Source: Betaproteobacteria bacterium (GTDB lineage: Bacteria > Pseudomonadota > Gammaproteobacteria > Burkholderiales > JACQAP01). From it: a DNA stretch of 64,000 nt. The position numbers and the translations under genes were made by a program. Shown here one piece after another: positions 7,801-15,890 of the stretch. Position 1 is the stretch's first letter. Every line of letters starts with the position of its first letter. The stretch is taken from NCBI GenBank assembly GCA_039931685.1, contig JBDTRK010000002.1, positions 11,253 to 75,252 of the forward strand, given 5' to 3'. The notes below the pieces were generated by a model. The model had not been told where the DNA came from and did not search any database. It saw only the letters and a list, made by a program, of their open reading frames with translations.

Positions 7801-9187
7801 GGTGCGGCCGTTCGGATTTGCCTTCCGCGGAACAAACGCAGCAACCGCCATTCAGCACAGCACCAGCGACACCGGTACGGTACTCGCACCAGCCGGGGAC
7901 AATTTCACGATGACGATCGGGGCGTATCAATGGGCTGCTGGCGAGGACTCGAGTCCCATAGACGGCATACCGGATGCGGGCGTGAATCTCAGCAGCAACG
8001 GACTGACTCCGAACTTTGCAGCGAACGTGACGATAACCGTGAGTGCAAATCTGCCCGGCATCGCGACGGGCTCGATCTCCCGCGGCGCGACCTGCGCGAG
8101 CGCTGCAGTGATCGCCGCAGGAAGTTTCTCCGGTGGCTCGGCTACTGTCGCAGATTGGTGCTATAGCGAAGTCGGCAACGTGTTACTGACAGCCACGTCG
8201 AACGACTATATAACGACTGGCACCAACATTACCGGTAACAGTGGATTGGACGGTACCGGTGCGGCCGGCGGCTATGTCGGCCGGTTTCGGCCCAAGAATT
8301 TCGCCTTGAGCGGAACGCCAACTCTGACCAATCGTTCCGCCGCGAGTTGCTTGCCTGTGTCGTCATTTACCTATATGGGCGAAGGACTGGGCTTGGGATT
8401 CTCGCTGGTGGCGCGCAACACGCAAGGTGCGACCACGCTGAACTACAACGGCGCTTACGCCAAGCTCGGCCTCGGAACCTTCGCAAACTTCAATTTCGGT
8501 GCGAAGAGCGGGGCCACCAACTTGACTACACGGATCGATTCCAGCTCCAGCTCCGCCGGTAGCTGGGCGAGCGGCCTTGCCAACAACGTCACCGCTGCAA
8601 CCGGGATTCTCCGCGACACGAATCCCGATGGCCCTTATGCCGCGGTGCAGTTCGGCATTGCCCCGATTGATTCGGACGGTGTCGCCATGAATATTTTGGA
8701 CTTCGACGCCGACGGAAACAGCGTCAACGAACGTACCAATCTGGGTGTAACGACCGAAGTCCGCTACGGCCGACTGAAGCTCGGCAATGCGTTCGGCTCA
8801 GAACTGCTCGACCTGCCGATCCCGATGGAAACCCAGTACCTCAACAGCAGCGGGGTGTACGTGACCAATGTCGCCGACAGTTGCACCGCGATCGCGCTGA
8901 ACAATGTTTACCTCAGTTCCGGGACTGCATCGGGAGGAGGAACCTTCACCGCAGGAAAGGGCAATCTGAAAATTATCAAGCCTTTGAGCAAGGTCACCAT
9001 CGATTTATGCGTCGACCTCGGCGTCGATTTGCCTCCCCCGTCCTGCGCGGCGGCCAGTCCGGCCAACAAGTCCTGGCTGCAGTGGAGCTGGACCGGATCG
9101 ACGTTCAACCGGGATCCCGCAGCCCGGGCTGCTTTTGGCCTGTACAAGAGTGCCGATGAATTCATCTATTTACGGGAAAATTTTTAG
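4847..9187 (+). CDS. mshQ: MSHA biogenesis/adhesin protein MshQ, giant form (about 1430-1446 aa)
   Basis: Follows the pilin block. LamG-like region (...LRFYTRGSATNTLDTAALINNNTWYFVAVTLN...FGFAGNIDEVRVYRAAL), Thr/Gly/Asn-rich beta-rich N-terminal ~480 aa, and a conserved C-terminal module. The alternative start ATG 4886 has a better RBS (GGGGG) and gives a clean signal peptide MHRWRKFAAACVLLIAGCIAASNA. Confidence 0.85.
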   Translation: MPAKRHAAILGAAMHRWRKFAAACVLLIAGCIAASNAGAAARFARSTGNWSTITWSATSCAAGTGAALPTSADDVTICDGVTVTVNISPTVLSISIPSGGTLTTLQITSAQTLTVTGNVTATAGTGSGDNKQILLSSNAVFNVNGDVTLSGNGNDNRFALLQLSGATVTIGGNLVIDGLAGNNRARVTLANTSTLTVNGSITLSTGGLLNNGSATSCVINLRGDFNHVAADNDYVSTGGIFQVVGAGAQAFGGGAGITTTFYQLVINKTSGDLTLGHNTLVSGGAASSLLVLTQGRIVTGANSFAVGAAGATSTTISGANAASYIVGNLRRYIPTGTQSGIVFPVGGSTAGKYAPVQIDFPNVTAAGYFQVAASTVDTDHPNIGTSALDSANSVNRYWSLTNTGGITFSGATTANVTFNYPTSDIDSGADTSAFLVGDFSGGAWTYPTTGTLTSNSTQMTGLTAAAIGGDFAIAQLTGPYSYWRMNETSWNGTASEVGDFGSSGNPGTAASLSATKPTTSNTSPAISGSPGTCRYGVFNRTNKDYIALPAAYPNLATSSFTTTAWIRTTDRTQSGQRILIDDEGTTGGWGFSLGDGASGALRFYTRGSATNTLDTAALINNNTWYFVAVTLNISGTTTVATIYVYNTSGTLAGSATTTWTAFTWGNDPGPPSIGGETNASSEGTNSFGFAGNIDEVRVYRAALTQAMVNDVRQLTNPCVTTDHYAIVGSTTGVTCDASTVQIVAHDIAHTAVAPQSGTILTLSTSTGTGVWQAGLLSGAGAWAPSGANNGIATYVWPGSESSFSVTLRQNTAATVGINAMDSNGKAESIIEDLSIAFADSAFRVTTDGTSTATIGTQIAGKNSNTGFGAQTLYLQAIRTDTATGSCVGAIQSQTTTIQMAGNRINPTGGTSQVSVLNSSNALVALGTGAGVPGTYTNVTLAFDAQSKAPLVAYYPDAGSISLHAQYQLPAPPAATFLTGSSNVFVVRPFGFAFRGTNAATAIQHSTSDTGTVLAPAGDNFTMTIGAYQWAAGEDSSPIDGIPDAGVNLSSNGLTPNFAANVTITVSANLPGIATGSISRGATCASAAVIAAGSFSGGSATVADWCYSEVGNVLLTATSNDYITTGTNITGNSGLDGTGAAGGYVGRFRPKNFALSGTPTLTNRSAASCLPVSSFTYMGEGLGLGFSLVARNTQGATTLNYNGAYAKLGLGTFANFNFGAKSGATNLTTRIDSSSSSAGSWASGLANNVTAATGILRDTNPDGPYAAVQFGIAPIDSDGVAMNILDFDADGNSVNERTNLGVTTEVRYGRLKLGNAFGSELLDLPIPMETQYLNSSGVYVTNVADSCTAIALNNVYLSSGTASGGGTFTAGKGNLKIIKPLSKVTIDLCVDLGVDLPPPSCAAASPANKSWLQWSWTGSTFNRDPAARAAFGLYKSADEFIYLRENF
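8858..8995 (+). repeat. Copy 2 of the 138-bp near-identical direct repeat (inside the mshQ 3' end)
   Basis: See copy 1. Flanking codons on both sides are only about 65-75% identical by eye. Confidence 0.9.
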
Positions 9188-9210
9188 GGTTTTGTCGGCC
9201 ATAAATATTA

Positions 9211-9257
9211 TTGACGACAATGGGTTATTGATATATCTTCGCGTTCAAAGTTAATAT
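9211..9257 (+). promoter_or_regulatory. Candidate sigma-70 promoter(s) for the mshI-N operon in an AT-rich spacer
   Basis: TTGACG (9211-9216), 17 nt, TATCTT (9234-9239). An overlapping alternative is TTGATA (9228-9233), 18 nt, TAATAT (9252-9257). Confidence 0.35.
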
Positions 9258-9264
9258 AGCCGAC

Positions 9265-10197
9265 ATGCGCACATTATTCTCCAGATCCCGGCCTCTCGAA
9301 TTGGCTGCCGTCAATCTGTACAGCGATCGTGCAGAGGTCGGGCGCATTCGCCGCCATGGCTCAGAGCGACCGGTTGTCGATATCTGCGCGCAAGTTGCCA
9401 ATGCCGGCGATGCGGTCGAGACGCTTCTGCATCTGCGCCGCGAATTTCACCTGGAGCGTTTCGGCTGCGCAACGCTGCTGCCGGCACGGCAGTATCAGCT
9501 GCAACTGGTCGATGCGCCGAACGTCCCCGAACCTGAGATGAGATCCGCGGTGCGCTGGCGATTGAAAGAATTCCTGGAATACCCGGTGGAATCCGCAACC
9601 GTGGATGTCGTGGCGGTGCCGTCTGGCCAGGCGACCGCGGCGCGCGGCCGTTCCGTTTACGCCGTTTCCGCGCGCAATCAGGACATCGAATCGCGCATGA
9701 AGATGTTTGCGCAGGCGAAGATCACATTGCGCGTCATCGAGATTGCCGAGATGGCGCAGCGCAACCTCGCTGCATTATTTGAGACCGATCATCGCGCACT
9801 GGCCATGCTCAGCTTTAGCGAGGATGGCGGCCTGCTTACGTTTACCGCCGGCGGGGAGCTCTACCTGTCGCGGCGCATCGAGATCAGTCTCGACCAACTG
9901 CTCGGCGTTCGCGCGGAGATGCGCGATCAATTGTTCGAGCGCATCGCGCTGGAATTGCAGCGTTCCCTGGATCACTTTGACCGCCAGTTCAGCAATATTC
10001 CCCTGGCCCGGCTGCTGCTGGCGCCATTGCCGGAGGATCTCGGCCTGGTGGCCTATCTGGCAGCCAATCTGTCCGCACCCGTGGAAGCGGTCAATCTTGG
10101 GGACGTATTGGATTTTCACGAAGTACCCGAATTGCGCGAAGGGTCCGAGCAGATACTGCGCTGGCAGACGCTCGGCGCGGCGTTGCGTACCGAATAA
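9265..10197 (+). CDS. mshI: MSHA biogenesis protein MshI, PilM-like N-terminal half
   Basis: First gene of the biogenesis block, upstream of PilN/PilO-like genes and the secretin. Actin/PilM-like size. No obvious SD sequence. Confidence 0.7.
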   Translation: MRTLFSRSRPLELAAVNLYSDRAEVGRIRRHGSERPVVDICAQVANAGDAVETLLHLRREFHLERFGCATLLPARQYQLQLVDAPNVPEPEMRSAVRWRLKEFLEYPVESATVDVVAVPSGQATAARGRSVYAVSARNQDIESRMKMFAQAKITLRVIEIAEMAQRNLAALFETDHRALAMLSFSEDGGLLTFTAGGELYLSRRIEISLDQLLGVRAEMRDQLFERIALELQRSLDHFDRQFSNIPLARLLLAPLPEDLGLVAYLAANLSAPVEAVNLGDVLDFHEVPELREGSEQILRWQTLGAALRTE

Positions 10198-10212
10198 GAC
10201 GGAGAAATCAGC

Positions 10213-10863
10213 GTGCCGCAACAGATCAACCTGTACAACCCGGCCTTCGAGGTGCAGCAAGCGCTGCTTTCCTTCCGGGGCGCTGTCGCCGGATGGGTCG
10301 TAGCGGCCGCTTTGGTCGTGACCGTAGCTGGCTATCAGTCGATCAAGTTGCGTACGGCCGAGCGTCAGGAACGCGAAACAGCACAGCAGGTCGTTGCATT
10401 GCAGGCCGACGCGCAACGCTTGGGAAGCGAACTCGCGGCGCGCAAGCGCGATCCAAAAATAGCCGAGGACGTCAGTCGCCTTGAAGGCGAAATCAAAGGA
10501 CGGCAGGAAGTCATGGAAGTGCTGCATGCGGGCGGCCTTGGTGATACGCGCGGATTTTCCGACCATCTCAAGGCGTTTGCGCGGCAGTCTTTCGACGGTG
10601 TATGGCTCACGGGATTGAGCATCGGCGCAGCTGGGCGCGACGTGACGGTCGAAGGACGCGCTTTGCAGGCCGGATTCGTGCCGGGATACCTGAAGCGCCT
10701 GAACGGGGAAGCTGCAATGCAAGGGCATCCGTTTTCCGAACTGGTTATTCAGGAGCCGGCTCCGGACCCTGCGGTGAAGAATGCTGTCCGCCCAAACTAC
10801 GTCGAATTCAAACTGACGACCAAGCCGGTGGCCGCATATCAGTCCAGGGCGGCAACGCAATGA
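10213..10863 (+). CDS. PilN-like fimbrial assembly protein (equivalent to the C-terminal half of V. cholerae MshI)
   Basis: GTG start. N-terminus MPQQINLYNPAF followed by one TM helix (AGWVVAAALVVTVAGY) and a coiled coil, which is the PilN hallmark. Confidence 0.7.
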   Translation: MPQQINLYNPAFEVQQALLSFRGAVAGWVVAAALVVTVAGYQSIKLRTAERQERETAQQVVALQADAQRLGSELAARKRDPKIAEDVSRLEGEIKGRQEVMEVLHAGGLGDTRGFSDHLKAFARQSFDGVWLTGLSIGAAGRDVTVEGRALQAGFVPGYLKRLNGEAAMQGHPFSELVIQEPAPDPAVKNAVRPNYVEFKLTTKPVAAYQSRAATQ

Positions 10864-11543
10864 AGCAGACCTGGGCGCGGCTCGCGCAAAAATTCGATGC
10901 CTTGCAGCCGCGCGAGCGCCTGATGGTATTCGCCGCGGGCGTGGCAATCATTGCCGGGCTGGCTTTCGTTCTGGTGATCGAAGGCGCGCTTACCAGGCAC
11001 AAGGCTCTGGCGGCCAGCACAGAAAGGCATCGTGGCGAAATGGCGCAATTGCATGTCCAGAACGCGCAGCTGTCCCGCCTCCTGACGCAGGACCCGAACA
11101 CAGACGGCCGCACGCAGATAGATGAAATGCAGAAACGGTTGCTTGGCTATGACACTGAATTGCGCAGCGTCCAGCAGGGACTGGTACCGCCGAACCGGAT
11201 GGTCAGGGTTTTGGAGGACATGCTCAATCGCGATTCACATGTGCGGTTGGTAAAATTGCGCACGCTGCCGGTCGCGGCGCTGGTGGAAAAAGAAGCTGCG
11301 CCAGCTATGGGCACGGATGCAAAATCCGCGGCGCATGGAAAGAACCTGGTTTACAAACACGGCCTTGAATTGACTGTCGAGGGCAGCTACCTGAACTTGC
11401 TGGAGTATCAGTCACGGCTGGAGAAGCTGCCATGGCGCATGTTTTTTGCGCGTACCAGCGTGAATTCCACGGATTATCCGAAAGTCCTGATGACGATCAT
11501 CTTGTACACATTGAGTCTGGAGGAAGCGTGGTTGGTCGTCTGA
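10860..11543 (+). CDS. mshJ: MSHA biogenesis protein MshJ (PilO-like)
   Basis: ATGA overlap with the previous gene. MKQTWARLAQKFDALQPRERLMVFAAGVAIIAGLAFVLVI, i.e. TM helix plus coiled coil. The 10602 ORF extension was rejected. Confidence 0.7.
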   Translation: MKQTWARLAQKFDALQPRERLMVFAAGVAIIAGLAFVLVIEGALTRHKALAASTERHRGEMAQLHVQNAQLSRLLTQDPNTDGRTQIDEMQKRLLGYDTELRSVQQGLVPPNRMVRVLEDMLNRDSHVRLVKLRTLPVAALVEKEAAPAMGTDAKSAAHGKNLVYKHGLELTVEGSYLNLLEYQSRLEKLPWRMFFARTSVNSTDYPKVLMTIILYTLSLEEAWLVV

Positions 11544-11968
11544 TCCGCACATTGTCGTTGCTGCTCGCGCTAGCCTGCATCGCCAGCGCGTCGCCGTCGA
11601 TCGCACAAACCTTGCGCGATCCGACCCGGCCCCCATCCGCCGATACGAAAGGCGAGGCGGTCAGAAGCGAGCCATCGGGTTGGATACTCCAGTCGGTGTT
11701 GATTTCGCCGGAACGGCGTTACGCGATCATCAATGGCGAAATTGTTCCGATCGGCGGTTCGATTGCTGGCGCCGAATTGATTTCGGTTGCAGCGGAACGC
11801 GTGACGCTGCGTACCAGGCAAGGTTTGCGCGTCGTCCGTCTGTTTCCCGAGGTGACAAGGCTAGGCGCATCCGATGTGAGCGCCGGCGCAACCAAACCCA
11901 AGCAGGCGCCGGAAGCGGGCCAGGATACTGCGGCCCATCGACCCGGTAGTCCCGGAATGAAGAAATGA
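11528..11968 (+). CDS. mshK: MSHA biogenesis protein MshK
   Basis: RBS GGAGGA then GTG at 11528. Signal peptide, then the LRDPTRPP motif typical of MshK/PilP-like proteins. Directly upstream of the secretin. Confidence 0.65.
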   Translation: MVGRLIRTLSLLLALACIASASPSIAQTLRDPTRPPSADTKGEAVRSEPSGWILQSVLISPERRYAIINGEIVPIGGSIAGAELISVAAERVTLRTRQGLRVVRLFPEVTRLGASDVSAGATKPKQAPEAGQDTAAHRPGSPGMKK

Positions 11969-13749
11969 AAAATACAAGCGACGCCATGAGAATCCTGCCG
12001 CCAATGTTTCTGCTGTGCCTGATGAGCGCATGCGCGACGACGGCGCCGACTCCCGATACGACCTACGACTCCGCAAAAAAAGAAATGGCCCGAGTCGCAC
12101 GGGCCCAGCGGGCCAGTGTGCAGGCTGAAGACGTAGGCAAGGCCCTGCTGCCGCCGCTTACGGTGGAAATGCCGAAGGTGGACGGTCGGCCGATCGAGCC
12201 GCGTTTCGATCTTGCAGTCAACAACGCCCCTGCCGGCCAGGTTTTTATGGCGATCGTATCCGGTACGCGATACAGCATGATCGTGCACCCCGGAATCAAG
12301 GATCAGATTTCGGTAAATCTGCGCGACGTGACGGTATTCGAGGCGCTGGACACGATTCGCGAGGTGTACGGCTACGAATACAAGGTGCAGGGCAATCGTA
12401 TCCTGATCGAACCCCTCACGCTGCAGTCCCGTGTCTATCAGGTCAATTACCTGATGAGCCAGCGCAAGGGCAAGACCGATGTCAGGGTGACGTCGGGGGC
12501 CATATCGGATTCTTCCAATAGCGCGGCGGCGGCGCAGACGACCAACACGGGCAACAGCGCTTCGACAACCACGCTTGAAAGCAGCCGCATCAGCACGACG
12601 TCGAACAACGATTTCTGGACTGAAATCGGCAGTGCACTCAAGGCGATCATCGGTACCGAAGGCGGGCGCAACGTGGTCCTAAGCCCGCAGGCGGGCGTGA
12701 TAGTCGTGCGTGCGCTCCCGGCGGAATTGCGCAATGTCTCGGAGTTCCTGAAGACCATGCAGGTCGTGGTGGAACGCCAGGTTATGCTGGAAGCCAAGAT
12801 CATCGAAGTGCAGCTTTCCGACGGCCACCAGACGGGTGTCAACTGGGCGGCATTCGGCCAGGGCGCAAACAGCAGGGTAGCCGGCGGAATACTTTCTCCC
12901 GGCGGCGTGCTGACGCCGAACGGCGCCATCAGCGCATATACGTCGCGCAACGCAGACGGAACGGTATCCACCAGTTCGCTGCTGTCCTCGAATCCGGCGT
13001 CTCCGGGCAACATCGCCGCGGGCATCGGCACGCCGGGAACGCTGTTCGGTTTGGCATTCCAGACCAGCAATTTCGCCGCACTGGTCTCCTTCCTCGAGAC
13101 CCAAGGCAACCTGCAGGTGCTCTCCAGCCCGCGAATCGCCACATTGAACAACCAGAAGGCGGTGCTGAAGGTCGGTACCGACGAATTCTTCGTAACCAAC
13201 ATCACGACGAACACCACGACGACCGGTACCACCAGTACGCAGTCGCCGACGATAACCGTGGCACCATTCTTTTCCGGCGTGGCGCTCGATGTAACACCGC
13301 AGATCGATGAGAACAACCAGATTATTCTGCATATCCATCCTTCGGTTTCCAGCGTCATCGAGAAAACCAAGAGCATCGACCTGGGCACGGCCGGCAGTTT
13401 CCGCTTGCCACTGGCTTCGAGTACGATCAGCGAGAGCGACACCATCGTTCGCGTGTCCAACTCGAACATTGTCGCCATTGGCGGTTTGATGAAGGAAACC
13501 AGCACGCGTGACAGCAGCGGACTTCCGGTGCTGGGAACCCTGCCGGTGGTCGGCAATCTGTTCAGCAGCAAGAGTCGCTCGGTTGTAAAAAGCGAGCTGA
13601 TCATCCTGCTCAAGCCGACAGTCATCGAAAACGACGCGACATGGCGTCAGGATTTGATCGATTCCAAAGAACGCATCGATGCCTACGAACGCAGTGACCG
13701 TCCTACCTACAGACCTAAATCTGAAAATTCCGTTGCGCCGGCGCAATAG
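11965..13749 (+). CDS. mshL: MSHA pilus secretin MshL (GspD/PilQ family lipoprotein)
   Basis: Lipobox LLCLMSAC. C-terminal secretin domain (...VLSSPRIATLNNQKAVLKVGTDEFFV...VPVLGTLPVVGNLFSSKSR...ELIILLKPTVI). Confidence 0.92.
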   Translation: MKNTSDAMRILPPMFLLCLMSACATTAPTPDTTYDSAKKEMARVARAQRASVQAEDVGKALLPPLTVEMPKVDGRPIEPRFDLAVNNAPAGQVFMAIVSGTRYSMIVHPGIKDQISVNLRDVTVFEALDTIREVYGYEYKVQGNRILIEPLTLQSRVYQVNYLMSQRKGKTDVRVTSGAISDSSNSAAAAQTTNTGNSASTTTLESSRISTTSNNDFWTEIGSALKAIIGTEGGRNVVLSPQAGVIVVRALPAELRNVSEFLKTMQVVVERQVMLEAKIIEVQLSDGHQTGVNWAAFGQGANSRVAGGILSPGGVLTPNGAISAYTSRNADGTVSTSSLLSSNPASPGNIAAGIGTPGTLFGLAFQTSNFAALVSFLETQGNLQVLSSPRIATLNNQKAVLKVGTDEFFVTNITTNTTTTGTTSTQSPTITVAPFFSGVALDVTPQIDENNQIILHIHPSVSSVIEKTKSIDLGTAGSFRLPLASSTISESDTIVRVSNSNIVAIGGLMKETSTRDSSGLPVLGTLPVVGNLFSSKSRSVVKSELIILLKPTVIENDATWRQDLIDSKERIDAYERSDRPTYRPKSENSVAPAQ

Positions 13750-13800
13750 CGATACGAGCGTCGGAACAAGCCCAGCTGTCGCGCCGGCCCGGCACTGGCG

Positions 13801-14700
13801 ATGATGATGTACAACACCCATTTCGCTTTGCGTGAGGCGCCGTTCGGACTGACGCCTGATACGACCTATGCCTTTGCCTGCACGCCGCATCAGGAAGCAC
13901 TCAATACGCTGCTGATCGCGGCTGCGAATGGCGAAGGATTCATGAAGGTAACCGGCGAGGTCGGCACCGGGAAAACCTTGTTGTGCCGCCGCTTCCTTTC
14001 CCAACTCGACGACGACAGCGTCTCGGCCTACATCCCCAATCCACTGCTCGATCCGCACGGACTGCTGTTGGCACTGGCAGAGGAGTTGCACGTGGCGTGC
14101 GATCGCGATGAAGACCAGCACCGGCTCTTGAAAGCGCTGAACCAGACCCTGCTGGATTACGCGCGGGCAGGCAAGCGCGTCGTGGTCTGCCTGGACGAAG
14201 CACAGGCGATGCCGCTGGAAACACTGGAGTCCCTGCGCCTGCTGTCAAATCTCGAAACCGAGAAACGCAAGCTGTTCCAGGTAGTTTTGTTCGGGCAGCC
14301 AGAACTGGACGCCAAGCTGGCCCACGAGTCTGTACGACAGTTGCAACAGCGAATCACCTTCCAATACCATCTTTCGCCGCTCTCGCGTCGGGAAGTCGAG
14401 TACTACATAGCGCATCGGCTGAGGATCGCCGGATATATGGGCGATCGCCTGTTCAACTCTACCGCCCTCGATGCGCTATTCAGAGCGAGCCGTGGCGTGC
14501 CCCGGTTGATCAATGTGCTGGCGCATAAAGCCATGCTGGCAGCCTACGGGGAAGGGCACCATTATGTTTCCGCGGCACATGTGCGCAAGGCTGCCGGCGA
14601 CACGCCCTCGGCGCGCAGGGTCTATTCTCCACTGGCTTGGATATTTGCAGGGGCGACGGTTCTTACCGCGGTTGTGATTTACTGGTACTTCAATCGATGA
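13801..14700 (+). CDS. mshM: MSHA biogenesis protein MshM (ExeA-like AAA ATPase)
   Basis: Walker A GEVGTGKT, Walker B VVVCLDEAQ. ExeA-type layout with a C-terminal TM helix. Confidence 0.88.
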   Translation: MMMYNTHFALREAPFGLTPDTTYAFACTPHQEALNTLLIAAANGEGFMKVTGEVGTGKTLLCRRFLSQLDDDSVSAYIPNPLLDPHGLLLALAEELHVACDRDEDQHRLLKALNQTLLDYARAGKRVVVCLDEAQAMPLETLESLRLLSNLETEKRKLFQVVLFGQPELDAKLAHESVRQLQQRITFQYHLSPLSRREVEYYIAHRLRIAGYMGDRLFNSTALDALFRASRGVPRLINVLAHKAMLAAYGEGHHYVSAAHVRKAAGDTPSARRVYSPLAWIFAGATVLTAVVIYWYFNR

Positions 14701-15887
14701 GTCTGATCAATCAAGTTCTGCAGGATCTGGAAAAACGCCATGCTGCCGAGTCGGAACTCAATTCGCTGCCGTCGCATGTGCGCGCCGTTCCTGGTCGGCA
14801 ACGGCCGTCCGTCCGACCATTTACGATCGCGGCGTGGGCGATAGCGGCACTCGTGGCGTCCGGGGTTGGCGTTTTCATTTACGGACGCCATGCGCCAGGC
14901 AATGGCACATCGCCGATCGTTTCCACGCCGGCGCCCATTGCCAGTCCTGCGCCGTCAGTGGAGCAGTCGCCGCCCGCAATCGCGCCGGTTATTGCACAAA
15001 GCGCCACGTTCAGTCCCGTATCCAGGCTGTCGGATGAGTTGAGTTCCGTCACACCTATACCGGCTCGCAAGGAGAAGCCCGCGCCGGTATTGCGCCCGGA
15101 AGAACCTCGCGTTGCCCCGCGTCCCGAGCCAATCCCGGCGCCGCCGCGCCAGCGGCCGGCTGAACCAGAACAGGTGCGCGTCGTAGAGGCATTGTCTCGC
15201 GCCGATGCTCCCGTAGAGACGGCAGTCACGCTACCCGAGACGCAGGCGCCTTCAGCGGACAGCACGTCGGCAGCAATTGACAAGCAGATGCGCGAAGTGG
15301 CGCCGTCGGAAGGCGCGGAAATTGAATTCCGCAAAGGCGTGGCGCAGATCCGCGAAGGTCGGGCCAACGCGGCTGAGCTGGATTTTCGCGATGCGCTAAA
15401 ACTAGACCCGTCCCATGTCGGCGCACGCCAGGCATTGCTCGGGTTGCTGCTCGACAGCAAACGCAACAACGAGGCGGAACAGCTTTTGCGCAAGACGCTG
15501 GAAATCAATCCGCGTCAGCCGCGCCATGCAATGGTGCTGGCAAGGCTGGAAGTCGAACGCGGCGACGTCACCAATGCGATCAACACCATGGTCGGCGTGT
15601 TGCCTTACGTCAATTCCGATCCTGATTTTTACGCCTTCCTCGCCGCGTTGTTGCAGCGCGAAGGGCGCAATCGCGAAGCGGTAGATTACTATCGCGCCGC
15701 CCTGCGGGGTGTGCCCGGCAATGGCGTCTGGATGATGGGCCTTGGCATCTCGCTGCGCGCGTCAAATCAATCCGCCGAAGCAGGCGACGTGTTCCGGCGT
15801 GCCATAGAGTCGAAGCAGTTGTCGCCTGAGCTGCAGGAGTTCGTTACACGCCAGTTGAACGAAATTTCGGCTGCAAAGAAAAAGTAG
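14697..15887 (+). CDS. mshN: MSHA biogenesis protein MshN (TM helix, Pro-rich linker, TPR domain)
   Basis: ATGA overlap. MSLINQVLQDLEKRHA N-terminus, Pro/Ala-rich spacer and C-terminal TPR repeats. Confidence 0.8.
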   Translation: MSLINQVLQDLEKRHAAESELNSLPSHVRAVPGRQRPSVRPFTIAAWAIAALVASGVGVFIYGRHAPGNGTSPIVSTPAPIASPAPSVEQSPPAIAPVIAQSATFSPVSRLSDELSSVTPIPARKEKPAPVLRPEEPRVAPRPEPIPAPPRQRPAEPEQVRVVEALSRADAPVETAVTLPETQAPSADSTSAAIDKQMREVAPSEGAEIEFRKGVAQIREGRANAAELDFRDALKLDPSHVGARQALLGLLLDSKRNNEAEQLLRKTLEINPRQPRHAMVLARLEVERGDVTNAINTMVGVLPYVNSDPDFYAFLAALLQREGRNREAVDYYRAALRGVPGNGVWMMGLGISLRASNQSAEAGDVFRRAIESKQLSPELQEFVTRQLNEISAAKKK

Positions 15888-15890
15888 ACC

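Noticed and set aside
4506-8995. Diversity-generating retroelement (template/variable repeat) as an explanation for the repeated block.
   Set aside because: No reverse transcriptase gene is present in the window, and the mismatches I checked are not restricted to adenines (the single core difference is C/G). Gene conversion between paralogues is the simpler reading.
12679-14121. Long alternative-frame or antisense ORFs. Examples: 12679-14121(-), 2390-3253(-), 9775-10947(-), 21098-22297(-), 28284-29885(+), 35311-36771(-), 39268-40983(+), 54064-55524(+), 55615-57036(-), 58699-59712(-).
   Set aside because: Each lies opposite or out of frame with a gene that has strong family motifs. Their translations are Arg/Ala/Gly/Pro-rich, the low-complexity composition typical of spurious ORFs in GC-rich DNA, and they lack motifs and RBS.
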